Under the pieces are notes generated by a model that did no database searches, was not told where the DNA came from, and worked only from the letters and a program-made list of their open reading frames with translations. From Treponema sp. (GTDB lineage: Bacteria > Spirochaetota > Spirochaetia > Treponematales > Breznakiellaceae): a DNA stretch of 53,187 bases. The stretch is from NCBI GenBank assembly GCA_031290455.1, contig JAITNP010000252.1, positions 1 to 53,187 of the forward strand. Direction: 5' to 3'. A program made the translations under genes and the position numbers. This document shows, one piece after another, positions 38,509 to 47,643 of this stretch (the first letter of the stretch is position 1; every line of letters starts with the position of its first letter).

Positions 38509-38871
38509 ATGGGAACTCTTGAACACGTCAGAGTACTGGAAACAAAAGTCGTCAAGGCCCTTGACTTCGTTAAGCGGATAACCGAGGAAAACACCGAATT
38601 AAAAGCAGTGGTGGAATCCTATCAGAAACGGATTAATGAGCTTGAGGCGTTGATTCAGCAATTTAAAGAGGATCAGGGCCGTATTGAGAACGGGATTCTT
38701 TCCGCCCTGAACCGGCTCAACCAGTTTGAAGATGCCATGGAGAAAAGCCTTTCCGATTTGGGATCGACCGTACAAGAGGCATCCGATACGGTCGATGAAA
38801 ATGTGGAATCACCGGAGGCTTCCAAAGGGGAGGGTACTACTTCTGGTGAAAACCATGATAGCGCACCTTAG
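38509..38871 (+). CDS. ZapB-like coiled-coil protein
   Basis: 120 aa with heptad-rich 'LEHVRVLETKVVKALDFVKRITEENTELK...' resembling the ZapB N-terminus, plus an acidic tail. Lies directly upstream of zapA. Confidence 0.45.
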   Translation: MGTLEHVRVLETKVVKALDFVKRITEENTELKAVVESYQKRINELEALIQQFKEDQGRIENGILSALNRLNQFEDAMEKSLSDLGSTVQEASDTVDENVESPEASKGEGTTSGENHDSAP

Positions 38872-38886
38872 TCTCTGAGGGTTTTC

Positions 38887-39177
38887 GTGCCGAAAAGCGA
38901 TCTGCGTATCGACATATTGGGAATCTCTCTTTCGATTGCTGCTGAAGAAGATGTTATCTATCTTAAAAACCTCCTCAATAATTACCGTTTAGCCATTGAG
39001 AATACTCAAAAATCAACGGGTTTGCGGGATCCCCTTAAAACGGCAATTTTGACGGGGTTTTTGCTTTGTGATGAAATAGAACGGATCCGTAAACGGGAAG
39101 TGCGAGACAAGGAAGTTGAACAGCTTACCCTGGATATGATTGCCCGTATTGATGAAGCCCTGGAACAGGAGGGGTGA
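38887..39177 (+). CDS. zapA: cell division protein ZapA
   Basis: 96 aa with GTG start: 'LRIDILGISLSIAAEEDVIYLKNLLNNYRLAIENT...KTAILTGFLLCDEI'. Confidence 0.65.
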   Translation: MPKSDLRIDILGISLSIAAEEDVIYLKNLLNNYRLAIENTQKSTGLRDPLKTAILTGFLLCDEIERIRKREVRDKEVEQLTLDMIARIDEALEQEG

Positions 39178-39184
39178 CTATCCC

Positions 39185-40468
39185 ATGGATCAGATATTTA
39201 AACTCAAAAACACCGTCAAGCATTATGACTGGGGTTCCCCGGTATGGATTCCCCAATTAGTGGGAAAAGAAAATCCCGGAGAGCTTCCCTGGGCCGAATT
39301 ATGGATGGGGGTGCATCCTGAGGGGCCTTCGGAAACGGCTGGTAGTGGCGGGGGAATTTCACTTCCCGCATTGATAAGCCGGGATCCCCCATGGTACCTG
39401 GGGAAAGCGGTGGCTCACGCCTTTGGGACCCTCCCGTTCTTGTTCAAGGTACTCGCAGCCGCACAGCCCCTTTCCATTCAGGCCCACCCCAATGAAGCCC
39501 AAGCCCGGCAGGGCTGGGAACGGGAAAATCAGGCAGCCATACCCCTCACGGCCCCTAACCGGAACTACAAGGACCCGTACCACAAGCCGGAGATCCTCTG
39601 CGCCTTGACGCCCTTCAAGGCCCTCTGCGGCTTCCGGGAGCCTGAGGAAATCATCCGGGGGCTTGCGGTTTTTTCCCGCAGCGCCCCGGAACCGCTCAAG
39701 GGTGCGCTTGCATCCCTGGCTCGCCCCGTGCAGCACGAGACTTCAGACGCGAAGAGGTTTGAGGCGTTCCTCAAAGCCCTTTTCGGCCTTTCGCCGGAAA
39801 CACGGCAGGCATTAAGCGCCTACACGATACAACACCCAGGGGTTCTCGGGGATCCGGAGGAATTGGTGGAATCAAGAAAACTGGCCGCTTATTTTGCGGA
39901 ACAGTATCCCGGGGACCCGGCGGTACTTGCCCCCCTGTATCTCAACCGGCTCGATCTCATGCCCGGGGAAGCGGTGTACCTGCCCGCCGGGGTACTCCAT
40001 GCATACATTCACGGGTTTGGGGTGGAGCTGATGGCCAACTCGGATAACGTGCTCCGGGGAGGATTGACCCCCAAGCACGTAGACCTCGAAGAACTACTAA
40101 CAATACTGAATTTTTCCGCCTTTAAGCCGGAAATCCTGCGACCCATTCCGCGCAATGATGGGGTACCGGAGGGTTCTTCCTGGGTAACATACCCTACCCC
40201 GTGCAGGGAATTCTCCCTTTCCCTGATAAGGGGACATGGGGATGCCCGCGCCTTTCCGGGAACCGGTCCTTCCATCGTGCTGGTAACCGAGGGGAAGCTC
40301 ACCATATCGGGAAAAAACCAGGCGGATATCTTGCTTGAAACCGGTGAAAGCGCCTTCATCTCCGCGGGGGATGGGGTACCCTGCTCATGTACGGGAACCT
40401 TTACCCTCTACGCCGCAAGCATCGGCTCAATACAAACCGATGCCGCTGACACCCCAGACTGCTCATGA
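39185..40468 (+). CDS. manA: mannose-6-phosphate isomerase, class I
   Basis: Start at ATG 39185 ('MDQIFKLKNTVKHYDWGS'). Contains 'ELWMGVHP', 'LPFLFKVLAAAQPLSIQAHP' and 'YKDPYHKPE'. Confidence 0.88.
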   Translation: MDQIFKLKNTVKHYDWGSPVWIPQLVGKENPGELPWAELWMGVHPEGPSETAGSGGGISLPALISRDPPWYLGKAVAHAFGTLPFLFKVLAAAQPLSIQAHPNEAQARQGWERENQAAIPLTAPNRNYKDPYHKPEILCALTPFKALCGFREPEEIIRGLAVFSRSAPEPLKGALASLARPVQHETSDAKRFEAFLKALFGLSPETRQALSAYTIQHPGVLGDPEELVESRKLAAYFAEQYPGDPAVLAPLYLNRLDLMPGEAVYLPAGVLHAYIHGFGVELMANSDNVLRGGLTPKHVDLEELLTILNFSAFKPEILRPIPRNDGVPEGSSWVTYPTPCREFSLSLIRGHGDARAFPGTGPSIVLVTEGKLTISGKNQADILLETGESAFISAGDGVPCSCTGTFTLYAASIGSIQTDAADTPDCS

Positions 40469-40956
40469 AAATTTTCGTGGATGCTGATTCCTGTCCCCGC
40501 CTGACCCGGGAAGCGGTGTTGCGGGCAGCAGCGCGAACCGGGATCCAGGCGATTTTTGCGGCAAACCGCCCCATTCCTGCGGTATCCGGGGCAACAGCGG
40601 TCATGGAACAGTGTCCCCCGGGAGAAGATTCAGCGGATAATCGTATCGTCGAATTAGCCCGTCCCGGAGACTTGGTCATTACCCGGGACATACCCCTTGC
40701 CAGTCGCCTCGTGGAAGCTTCAATCATGGTACTTGACGACCGGGGACGGACGTATACCACCGAAAACATCCGGGAACGGCTTTCTCTCAGGAATTTCATC
40801 CTAGGTCTTGCAGAACAGGGGGGTGGCAATACCCGCAACCCACACTACGGCAAACGGGAACTCAAGCGCTTTGCCGACAGCTTCGACCGCATGCTTTCCC
40901 ACCTCATGCGGGAAGCGGCACAAGCCCCTGGGTATCATCCCCCATCATCAGGATAG
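40465..40956 (+). CDS. yaiI: YaiI/YqxD family protein (UPF0178/DUF188)
   Basis: 163 aa starting 'MKIFVDADSCP...'. ATGA overlap with manA. Confidence 0.75.
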   Translation: MKIFVDADSCPRLTREAVLRAAARTGIQAIFAANRPIPAVSGATAVMEQCPPGEDSADNRIVELARPGDLVITRDIPLASRLVEASIMVLDDRGRTYTTENIRERLSLRNFILGLAEQGGGNTRNPHYGKRELKRFADSFDRMLSHLMREAAQAPGYHPPSSG

Positions 40957-42182
40957 AGACTCTGTATCTGTTTTATCTGGGGAAGGATATCAAAGAAAAT
41001 ATCCACCAGTTCAGGCTCAAATTTCGTGCCGGACTGCTTATGAATTTCAGATAAAACCTGTTCCTGGGTCCAGGGTTCTTTATACACCCGCTTGGAACAC
41101 AGGGCATCAAAGACATCGGCAATGGCTACGATACGCCCAGGTAAGGGAATCTCTTCACCCTTCTTGCCCAGGGGCCTCCCGTTCCGGTCTGTTTTAATCG
41201 GTCGTGTGGTCATCGGATCCAACCATCCGGGATATCCCGAACCATCCCAATTTTCATGGTGGTTAAGGGCGACATCCCGGGCGATAATATCAAGCGGCGA
41301 ATGAGGATCATTAAACAACCCTGCGCCATATAACGTATGGTGCTGCATAATCACATATTCTTCCTCAGTAAACCGGGTAGGTTTCTTTAAAATTAAGTCA
41401 GAAATTGCCACTTTCCCCACATCATGGAGCATAGCCGCGATTTTAAAGATATCCTTGAATTTTTCCCGTTCCCTCCCGGTCACGCGATGATGAAATGCCC
41501 AGCGCTCATAAATTTCTATGGCATAACTGGCGACCCGGTTTGCGTGGGCCCCCGTTTCCTTGGGATCCCGGAGTTCAGACATCCGTACCATTCTGAGTAT
41601 CATGGACCGGGTATTATAGGCCCGCTGGAGTACCGCAGTGGCATTAGCGGCAAAATGGGTGATCACAAATTCGGCATCCTTGGAGAAGGGGACCGTATTA
41701 CCGGTTTCATCCAAGGCATTAATCATCTGTATTACCCCCAAAAGCCTGCCATCGGTCGTTTTCAAGGGAACCGACAGTATGGAAGCGGTTTTGTATCCTG
41801 ATATCATATCGTAGATGGTATTATAAGAATACGGAGCATCCGGCGGTATATGATAGACATCCGGTACATTTATCAGGGTCTGGGTCTTTGCGCAGTAACC
41901 GGAAATAGTTTTATCATCAATGGGAATCGAAAAAATTGAATAGATCAACTTTTGGCCCAAGGGGAGCTTCTGTTGCAAGGTATCATTCTGGGCATATTTT
42001 ATGACCAGTTTTTCAACGTTTTCTTTATCTTCCTTTACATAAATTGAACCGGCGTCAGCATGGATAACCCTTCTCGCATCCAGCAATATCCGTTCCAACA
42101 GAAGATCCAGGTCTTGAATCTGATTCATTTCAGAATCAAGACGAAGAATAGATTCAAAACTGGTTTCTTTAGATAAGAGCAC
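40935..42182 (-). CDS. GAF-domain HD-GYP phosphodiesterase
   Basis: 415 aa. The N-terminal half is GAF-like. The C-terminal half has 'MLHDVGKVAISD' and 'HHENWDGSGYPG'. Confidence 0.85.
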   Translation of the reverse strand: MLLSKETSFESILRLDSEMNQIQDLDLLLERILLDARRVIHADAGSIYVKEDKENVEKLVIKYAQNDTLQQKLPLGQKLIYSIFSIPIDDKTISGYCAKTQTLINVPDVYHIPPDAPYSYNTIYDMISGYKTASILSVPLKTTDGRLLGVIQMINALDETGNTVPFSKDAEFVITHFAANATAVLQRAYNTRSMILRMVRMSELRDPKETGAHANRVASYAIEIYERWAFHHRVTGREREKFKDIFKIAAMLHDVGKVAISDLILKKPTRFTEEEYVIMQHHTLYGAGLFNDPHSPLDIIARDVALNHHENWDGSGYPGWLDPMTTRPIKTDRNGRPLGKKGEEIPLPGRIVAIADVFDALCSKRVYKEPWTQEQVLSEIHKQSGTKFEPELVDIFFDILPQIKQIQSLYPDDGG

Positions 42183-42468
42183 TGGACACTCCTAGCTTTT
42201 TAAACATTCATAAAGCACTCGAAAATGTTTTATCCCTTTTTACCAAGATATTACTTCTATAAGTAATAGTATAACAACCGCTCCTATGATATACAAGAGG
42301 GCTAAAAAAGGCCCCAGGGGAAGGAGTAACCCCCAGGGCGGAACCATACAGGAAGGAGGAACTAGAAACGGTACACATTGGGCACTTATTACTCATAACA
42401 TCAACGCACAGAAAAAGTAACAGAATTCCCATTGATTTTTACCCAAAAATCGTAAAAATCAGCGGGCA

Positions 42469-43917
42469 TTACAAGCTCCGTGGCCCTGAGCTATAGTTCG
42501 GCGCCTCCTGGGTGATGGCCACATCATGGGCATGACTTTCCCGCAAGCCCGCAGCGGTGATTTTAACGAATCGACGGTACTGCTTCAGATCCGCTATGGC
42601 TTTACAGCCGCAATACCCCATACCCTTTCTCAGGCCCGATACCAACTGATGGAGGTAGTTCCGCAGTTCCCCCTTGTAGGGGACCCGGCCTTCAATGCCC
42701 TCGGGTACCGGGGTTTCATCCTTGGTAATTTGATACCGGTCTCCGGAGCCGTCCTTAATGGCCCCCATGCTCCCCATACCCCGGTATTCCTTGTAGATCC
42801 GTCCGTCAAAGATGATTTCACGACCCGGCGCTTCTTTAAGCCCGGCAAAAAGATTACCGATCATCACCACGTTGGCCCCCGCGCCAATGGCCTTGGTGAT
42901 GTCCCCGGAAAACTTGATCCCCCCATCGGCAATGACGGGAATATTGGATTTGGCGGCTTCTTCGGCGCAGTCCCACACCGCGCTGAACTGGGGTACCCCT
43001 ATCCCTGCCACGACCCGGGTCGTACAGATGGAGCCAGGACCTATCCCCACCTTCACCGCATCCGCCCCCGCCGCAATGAGCCGCCGGGTTCCTTCCTTAG
43101 TAGCGACATTCCCCCCGATGACCGGAACATCGAACTGCTCCTTGATGTTCCGGACCGCTTCCATGACGCTCTTTGAATCCCCGTGGGCAGTATCAAGGAC
43201 CACATAATCCACCTTGGCGTTTTTGAGGAGCGGAAGCCGTACCGGGTAATTCTGGGAGGACACCGCCGCCCCCACGATGAGCCGTCCTCCCTTATCGGTT
43301 GCTGCCAGGGGAAAACGGTCATGCTTTTCCATGTCCTTGACGGTAATAAGCCCGGTGAGCCGGCCCTGGGCATCCACCACGGGCAGTTTCTCAATGCGAT
43401 GCTTGTCGAACTTTTCCCGGGCGCTGGAAACCGAGGGATACTCCTTTTCTACCACAACATCCCGGGTCATCACATCCACCACCGCAAGACTATCCTCCCG
43501 GCAAAAACGGAGGTCCCGGCTCGTGATGATCCCCAGGAGCCGGCCCTCGGTATCCAAAACCGGCATTCCCGATACATTGCACTGCTCCATCAGCATCTTG
43601 ACATCCCTAACCAGGGCATCCGCTCTCACGGTAACCGGCAAATCAATAATCCAGTTGAGGTACCGCTTGACATTCGCCACCTGCTGGGCCTGGGCCTCAG
43701 GGCTGAGGTTCATGTGGATGACCCCGGAGCCTCCTTCCAGGGCAATGGCAATGGCGAGTTTCTCCTCGGTTACCGTATCCATGGCGGAAGAAATGACAGG
43801 AACGTTCAGCCACACATCGGCGCATAAAACAGTCTTGACATCACAATCCTTGGGGAGTATCTCAGAATATCCCGGCAACAGGAGAACATCATCATAGGAA
43901 TAAGCTTCATTGAACAT
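42469..43917 (-). CDS. guaB: IMP dehydrogenase
   Basis: Start at ATG 43917 ('MFNEAYSYDDVLLLPGYSE'). CBS pair present. Contains 'GPGSICTTRVVAGIGVPQ' and 'ADGGIKFSGDI'. Confidence 0.95.
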   Translation of the reverse strand: MFNEAYSYDDVLLLPGYSEILPKDCDVKTVLCADVWLNVPVISSAMDTVTEEKLAIAIALEGGSGVIHMNLSPEAQAQQVANVKRYLNWIIDLPVTVRADALVRDVKMLMEQCNVSGMPVLDTEGRLLGIITSRDLRFCREDSLAVVDVMTRDVVVEKEYPSVSSAREKFDKHRIEKLPVVDAQGRLTGLITVKDMEKHDRFPLAATDKGGRLIVGAAVSSQNYPVRLPLLKNAKVDYVVLDTAHGDSKSVMEAVRNIKEQFDVPVIGGNVATKEGTRRLIAAGADAVKVGIGPGSICTTRVVAGIGVPQFSAVWDCAEEAAKSNIPVIADGGIKFSGDITKAIGAGANVVMIGNLFAGLKEAPGREIIFDGRIYKEYRGMGSMGAIKDGSGDRYQITKDETPVPEGIEGRVPYKGELRNYLHQLVSGLRKGMGYCGCKAIADLKQYRRFVKITAAGLRESHAHDVAITQEAPNYSSGPRSL

Positions 43918-43969
43918 CTCTGACTCCTCGATATAATCGTAATCTCGGTTATAGCAACCTATCACCGGC

Positions 43970-45388
43970 TCAACCACCGGCCATTAAGGTCCGGTATTTG
44001 GCGGCAATGGTTTTTGCCTTCTTCACGGCAATGCCGCAGTACCGTTCCGGCTGCGTGAAGAAAGCCACGGCCTCTCCCGCAGCCCCAATCAACCCCAGTT
44101 CCACCATCTGGGCCCCGATTCGCCCAAGGATATCCCCTTCCCCGGTCAGGGCTTGGGCAAAGCTGCACTGATCTTTTTCTGCCCGCAGGGTGATCTTACG
44201 GATAATTTCATGAGCATCGGAAACACCGCTTTCAGCAAGGAGGATATAGGCCGGCTCCGCCATGACATCCCCCTGAAGGTTGGAGCGCAATCGTTCCCGG
44301 TCCACCCCAAGCCCTTCGATAACTGAAGCCATGCGGCTTACCGCAAAGCAGAAGCCGGTCACGTAATCGGCCACAAAACGCTGACTTGCCGAATTGGAGA
44401 GGTCCCGCTGATGCTCGCTTATCTGATCCATGAAGAAGGTCATGGTCCGGGGCATGAAGGCTTTCCAGAGACTTTTCACATGTTCCGCATTCCAGGGATT
44501 TCGTTTCTGGGGCATGGTGGAAGACCCTACCTGGTCCGCGGCAAAACCCTCCCGGAGTTCTCCAATCTCGGTACGCTGGAGGTTCCGCAGGTCATCCGCA
44601 AGATTGGCAATGATCCCGAAGGCCACGTTGAATTCCAGCAAAAGCCGGAGGAGGTATTCGGGTTCCACGAGCTGGGTTGCATGTTCTGATGGTTCAAGCC
44701 CGAGTTCGGCAAGGTAACGGCGTTCCAGTTCCTCCGGGTCCTTGACGATCATGCTCGTGGCATTATAGGCTCCTACCGCCCCGGCCAGCTTTCCCTTGAG
44801 TTGCAGTGAACGCTTCTCAATTTCGAGGATGGATTTTCCGAGCCGGGACACGTATTCTGCCAGGGCAAACCCCAGGGTGATGGGTACCGCATGCTGACCA
44901 TGGGTACGTCCAACCTGGGGGGTTTCAGCTTCCTGTTCAACAAACCCACAGAGGGCGAGTTCCAGTTTTCGCAAGAGGGGAAGCGCCACTTCCTGGGTAA
45001 CCCCCCGCATCCGGTAAGAAAGGGCGGTATCAAGGATATCAACACTGGTAGCTCCCAAGTGGACCAAAGGGGCCACTGCAACAGGTACTTTGGTTTTAAG
45101 GACATTGACCAAGGCCCGGATATTGTGCCGGGTTTTCTCTTCTTCGACGTAGACCGCTGCAGGTTCCACCGAAGCGCCGGCCTTTTCAAGGGCCGCTCTG
45201 ATGGCCGGGGTCAAGCCCCCCCGAAGGTCAAGATGGGCAATGATGAGGGCAAGCTCCGCCTTGACACAGGCAGCCACCAAAGCTTCCTCAGAAAGCCAGG
45301 GCGTAAGGGCATCAAACACATCTTGTTCAGAAAGGGAATATCGATGATCGATGGGGGAAATATTGCGGAAAATAGTACGAGCTTCCAT
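43970..45388 (-). CDS. purB: adenylosuccinate lyase
   Basis: 472 aa with the fumarate-lyase signature 'GSSTMPQKRNP'. Confidence 0.92.
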   Translation of the reverse strand: MEARTIFRNISPIDHRYSLSEQDVFDALTPWLSEEALVAACVKAELALIIAHLDLRGGLTPAIRAALEKAGASVEPAAVYVEEEKTRHNIRALVNVLKTKVPVAVAPLVHLGATSVDILDTALSYRMRGVTQEVALPLLRKLELALCGFVEQEAETPQVGRTHGQHAVPITLGFALAEYVSRLGKSILEIEKRSLQLKGKLAGAVGAYNATSMIVKDPEELERRYLAELGLEPSEHATQLVEPEYLLRLLLEFNVAFGIIANLADDLRNLQRTEIGELREGFAADQVGSSTMPQKRNPWNAEHVKSLWKAFMPRTMTFFMDQISEHQRDLSNSASQRFVADYVTGFCFAVSRMASVIEGLGVDRERLRSNLQGDVMAEPAYILLAESGVSDAHEIIRKITLRAEKDQCSFAQALTGEGDILGRIGAQMVELGLIGAAGEAVAFFTQPERYCGIAVKKAKTIAAKYRTLMAGG

Positions 45389-45474
45389 ACGAGACTATGG
45401 CACATATCGGAAAATTTGTCCAGGGGGATTTGCACTTCAATTCGGAAGGTGTGCTTGAGCGCGTGGGCTGTCTA

Positions 45475-46700
45475 TTACTCGACGCATGGAGATCCCCTAG
45501 CCGCCGCGGCCTTTAACTCAGTCTTGAAAAGTTCCATAAACCGGACGCTGGTGATGGTCTCGTGGGCGATGAGGTACTCCGCAACCTCCGAAAGCGTATC
45601 CCGGTTTTCCCGGAGAAGGCTCAGGGCCGCTTCGTGACACCCGAGGATGATCCGGGAAATTTCCTCGTCCACACCGGCGCTTGAGGCATCGGAAGCGGTA
45701 AAGACATTAGGTTCGTCAAGGTACTGATTACCCGGGCTTTCAAGGCCCCTCATGCCGAATTTGTTGCTCATGCCGTATTGGGTCACCATGCTCCGGGCGA
45801 GTTTGGTGGCCTGCTCGATGTCGTTGGAAGCCCCGGTGCTCTCTTCGCCCAATTCAGTTTCCTCCGTCGCCCGGCCCTCCAGGAGGGTGGTGATCAGGAG
45901 TTCAGACTTGGTCATGCCGAAGCCAGGGCGTGGCCCACTTCGTGGAAGGCCACCCTGCGTTTTTCCTTGGGGTTGAGAATCCGGTCCTTCTTTTCCTTCC
46001 CTGCAATGACCGCTTCCATAAGGTCTTCCAGGAGTACGAACGGCCCAGGCGTATCGTCCTCATGGCCGCTTCATTTACCATGTTGGCAAGGTCAGCGCCG
46101 GTAGCCCCGCTGATGGAGCGGCTGACTTCTTTCAGGTCTACATCGGCGCCCAGGGTTACTTTTTTCCCGTGGACTGGGAGGATCGCTTCCCGCCCGGGAA
46201 GGTCCGGCCTGTCCACAATCACCCACCTATCGAAACGGCCGGGGCGGAGCAGGACTTTGTCGAGAATTTCGGGCCGGTTCGTGGCAGCCAGGATCAGGAT
46301 GCTTTTGGAGGAATCGACGCCATCCATTTCGGAGAGAAGCTGGTTCAGGGTCTGTTCCCATTCGTCGTTGCCCCCTATCTGGTTGTCCCGGCTCTTGCCG
46401 ATGGTGTCGGTTTCATCAATAAAGATGATACAGGGGCTGTGTTTGGCAGCTTGAGCACACAAATCCCGCACCCGGCTGGCGCCCACGCCGGCAAACATCT
46501 CCACAAATTCAGATCCCGAAAGGGAGCAGAAGGGCACCTTTGCTTCCCCGGCCACCGCTTTGGCGGAGGCTCTTACCCCTTCCCGGAGGCGCCCTTCGGC
46601 TGCTTGGCCCCGATCTTGCGGTGTTTTTCAGGGTTCTGGAGGAAATCTACCAGCTCAATAAGGCTTTCCTTGGCCTCGTCCTGTCCGGCCATACATTCCC
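45475..46700 (-). pseudogene. ftsH: ftsH (AAA+/M41 protease) remnant: N-terminally truncated, with internal deletions and frameshifts
   Basis: Homology is spread over three minus-strand frames. These read '[33 protein letters not shown]', '[12 protein letters not shown]...IIFIDETD...[20 protein letters not shown]', '[16 protein letters not shown]...AFHEVGHAL' and 'TLLEGRATEE...TGASNDIEQATKLARSMVTQYGMS'. The Walker A GPPGTGKT is missing and there are no TM segments. The 5' boundary is approximate. Confidence 0.8.
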
Positions 46701-46895
46701 AAATACCATAAACAGAAAGAAAATCGGCATGGCTAAGGAACCCGCCGCCACTTGATTTGGGTCACCGGTCTGACCGACAAAGAACGTGTCGGCCATATTG
46801 TAAATAATCGTGACCAGGTTGCTGGCGATAGCCGGAATAGCGAGCGCTATTACCACTTTAGGTATAGAGGGTTCTTCAAATACTTTTGTATTCAC
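46700..46895 (-). pseudogene. MATE-family efflux transporter, N-terminal ~60-codon fragment
   Basis: '[61 protein letters not shown]' is a typical MATE N-terminus (GTG start). MATE similarity then ends and ftsH similarity starts in another frame. Confidence 0.65.
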
Positions 46896-46913
46896 GCTTA
46901 CCGGATCCTTGTC

Positions 46914-47438
46914 TTACTTATAGTCCACGACCATAAGGCGCGGCTCATTTTCCACGGTTATAGCTTCTACAGGATAACCAATAGCCACACCGGACACCGG
47001 CAAAAAATCGGCGGGAAGTCCAAGAGACGACATAACGTCGGCATTGTCATGAATGAAGTTAATCGTCCATGTGTAGACGCTCCCAAGCCCCAAGTCAGTA
47101 GCGGCAAGTAGCATATTCTCGACAACACAGCCCGCGTTTGCTTTTTCGGCCCCTCTTATTGCTTTGACCGAAACGACAATGAATGTAGGAGCGCCATAAT
47201 TCGCGGATATGTTGTCATTGCCGGTTGCAATCCGGGCGACATCGTTAATCCGGTCGATGAGCTCCTTCTTTTGGATAACGGTCAGGTGTACGTTTTGGTA
47301 AACCCCGCCGGCAATGGGCGCCAATCTACCCGCCCTGATGATTTCGTTCAATTCCTCTTTCTTGATTTGTTCGCTCTTGAAGGAACGAGTCGATTTCCGC
47401 AGTGCAAGTGCTTTCAATGTTTCCATAATAGTATCCAC
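46914..47438 (-). CDS. nitroreductase-family protein
   Basis: 174 aa containing '...LALRKSTRSFKSEQIKKEELNEIIRAGRLAPIAGG...'. Confidence 0.8.
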   Translation of the reverse strand: MDTIMETLKALALRKSTRSFKSEQIKKEELNEIIRAGRLAPIAGGVYQNVHLTVIQKKELIDRINDVARIATGNDNISANYGAPTFIVVSVKAIRGAEKANAGCVVENMLLAATDLGLGSVYTWTINFIHDNADVMSSLGLPADFLPVSGVAIGYPVEAITVENEPRLMVVDYK

Positions 47439-47487
47439 CTTTCATTCGTTTTAGCCGGTTCTCGTTTCAAACCGGACTATACGGTCT

Positions 47488-47516
47488 AATATATTCTATT
47501 TAGACTGATTGGTCAA
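47488..47516 (-). promoter_or_regulatory. promoter TTGACC-17-TATATT for the nitroreductase(-MATE) operon
   Basis: On the minus strand: ttgacc (47516-47511) and tatatt (47493-47488). The -35 overlaps the ATTGGTCAAT pseudo-palindrome. A CCGGTT/AACCGG hairpin (about 47455-47478) lies in the leader. Confidence 0.5.
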
Positions 47517-47520
47517 TAAT

Positions 47521-47587
47521 GATTTACGGTATTTTTACAAAAATTTTTCATGCCAAGCCCAAAATGTGACGATTTATGGTATTTTTA
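47521..47587 (+). repeat. 17-bp direct repeat pair in the TetR/nitroreductase intergenic region
   Basis: gatttacggtattttta (47521-47537) and gatttatggtattttta (47571-47587). One mismatch, with starts 50 bp apart. Confidence 0.7.
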
Positions 47588-47590
47588 TTC

Positions 47591-47620
47591 TTGACTTATC
47601 AGTCTGGATACTTCTATACT
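47591..47620 (+). promoter_or_regulatory. promoter TTGACT-18-TATACT for tetR
   Basis: ttgact at 47591-47596 and tatact at 47615-47620, with SD gggag before the ATG at 47644. Confidence 0.55.
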
Positions 47621-47631
47621 ATTGTCAATAG
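47619..47631. promoter_or_regulatory. 13-bp palindrome CTATTGtCAATAG; candidate TetR operator
   Basis: Perfect inverted repeat around a central T. It overlaps the -10/+1 of the tetR promoter. The related half-sites ATTG..CAAT recur at 47508-47517, over the divergent -35. Confidence 0.45.
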
Positions 47632-47643
47632 GGAGATAAGAGC

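Noticed and set aside
42311-42360. GGGGAAGGAG / CAGGAAGGAGGAAC motifs reminiscent of the SRP (4.5S) RNA GGAAGGAAGCAGC core.
   Set aside because: The flanking sequence does not form the required domain IV helix with a GNRA-type loop, and the conserved AGCA/GUCAGG elements are absent.
42208-42432. 74-aa minus-strand ORF in the guaB/HD-GYP spacer.
   Set aside because: No SD, and a Cys/Ser/Leu-rich sequence with no recognisable family. It spans the putative guaB terminator region.
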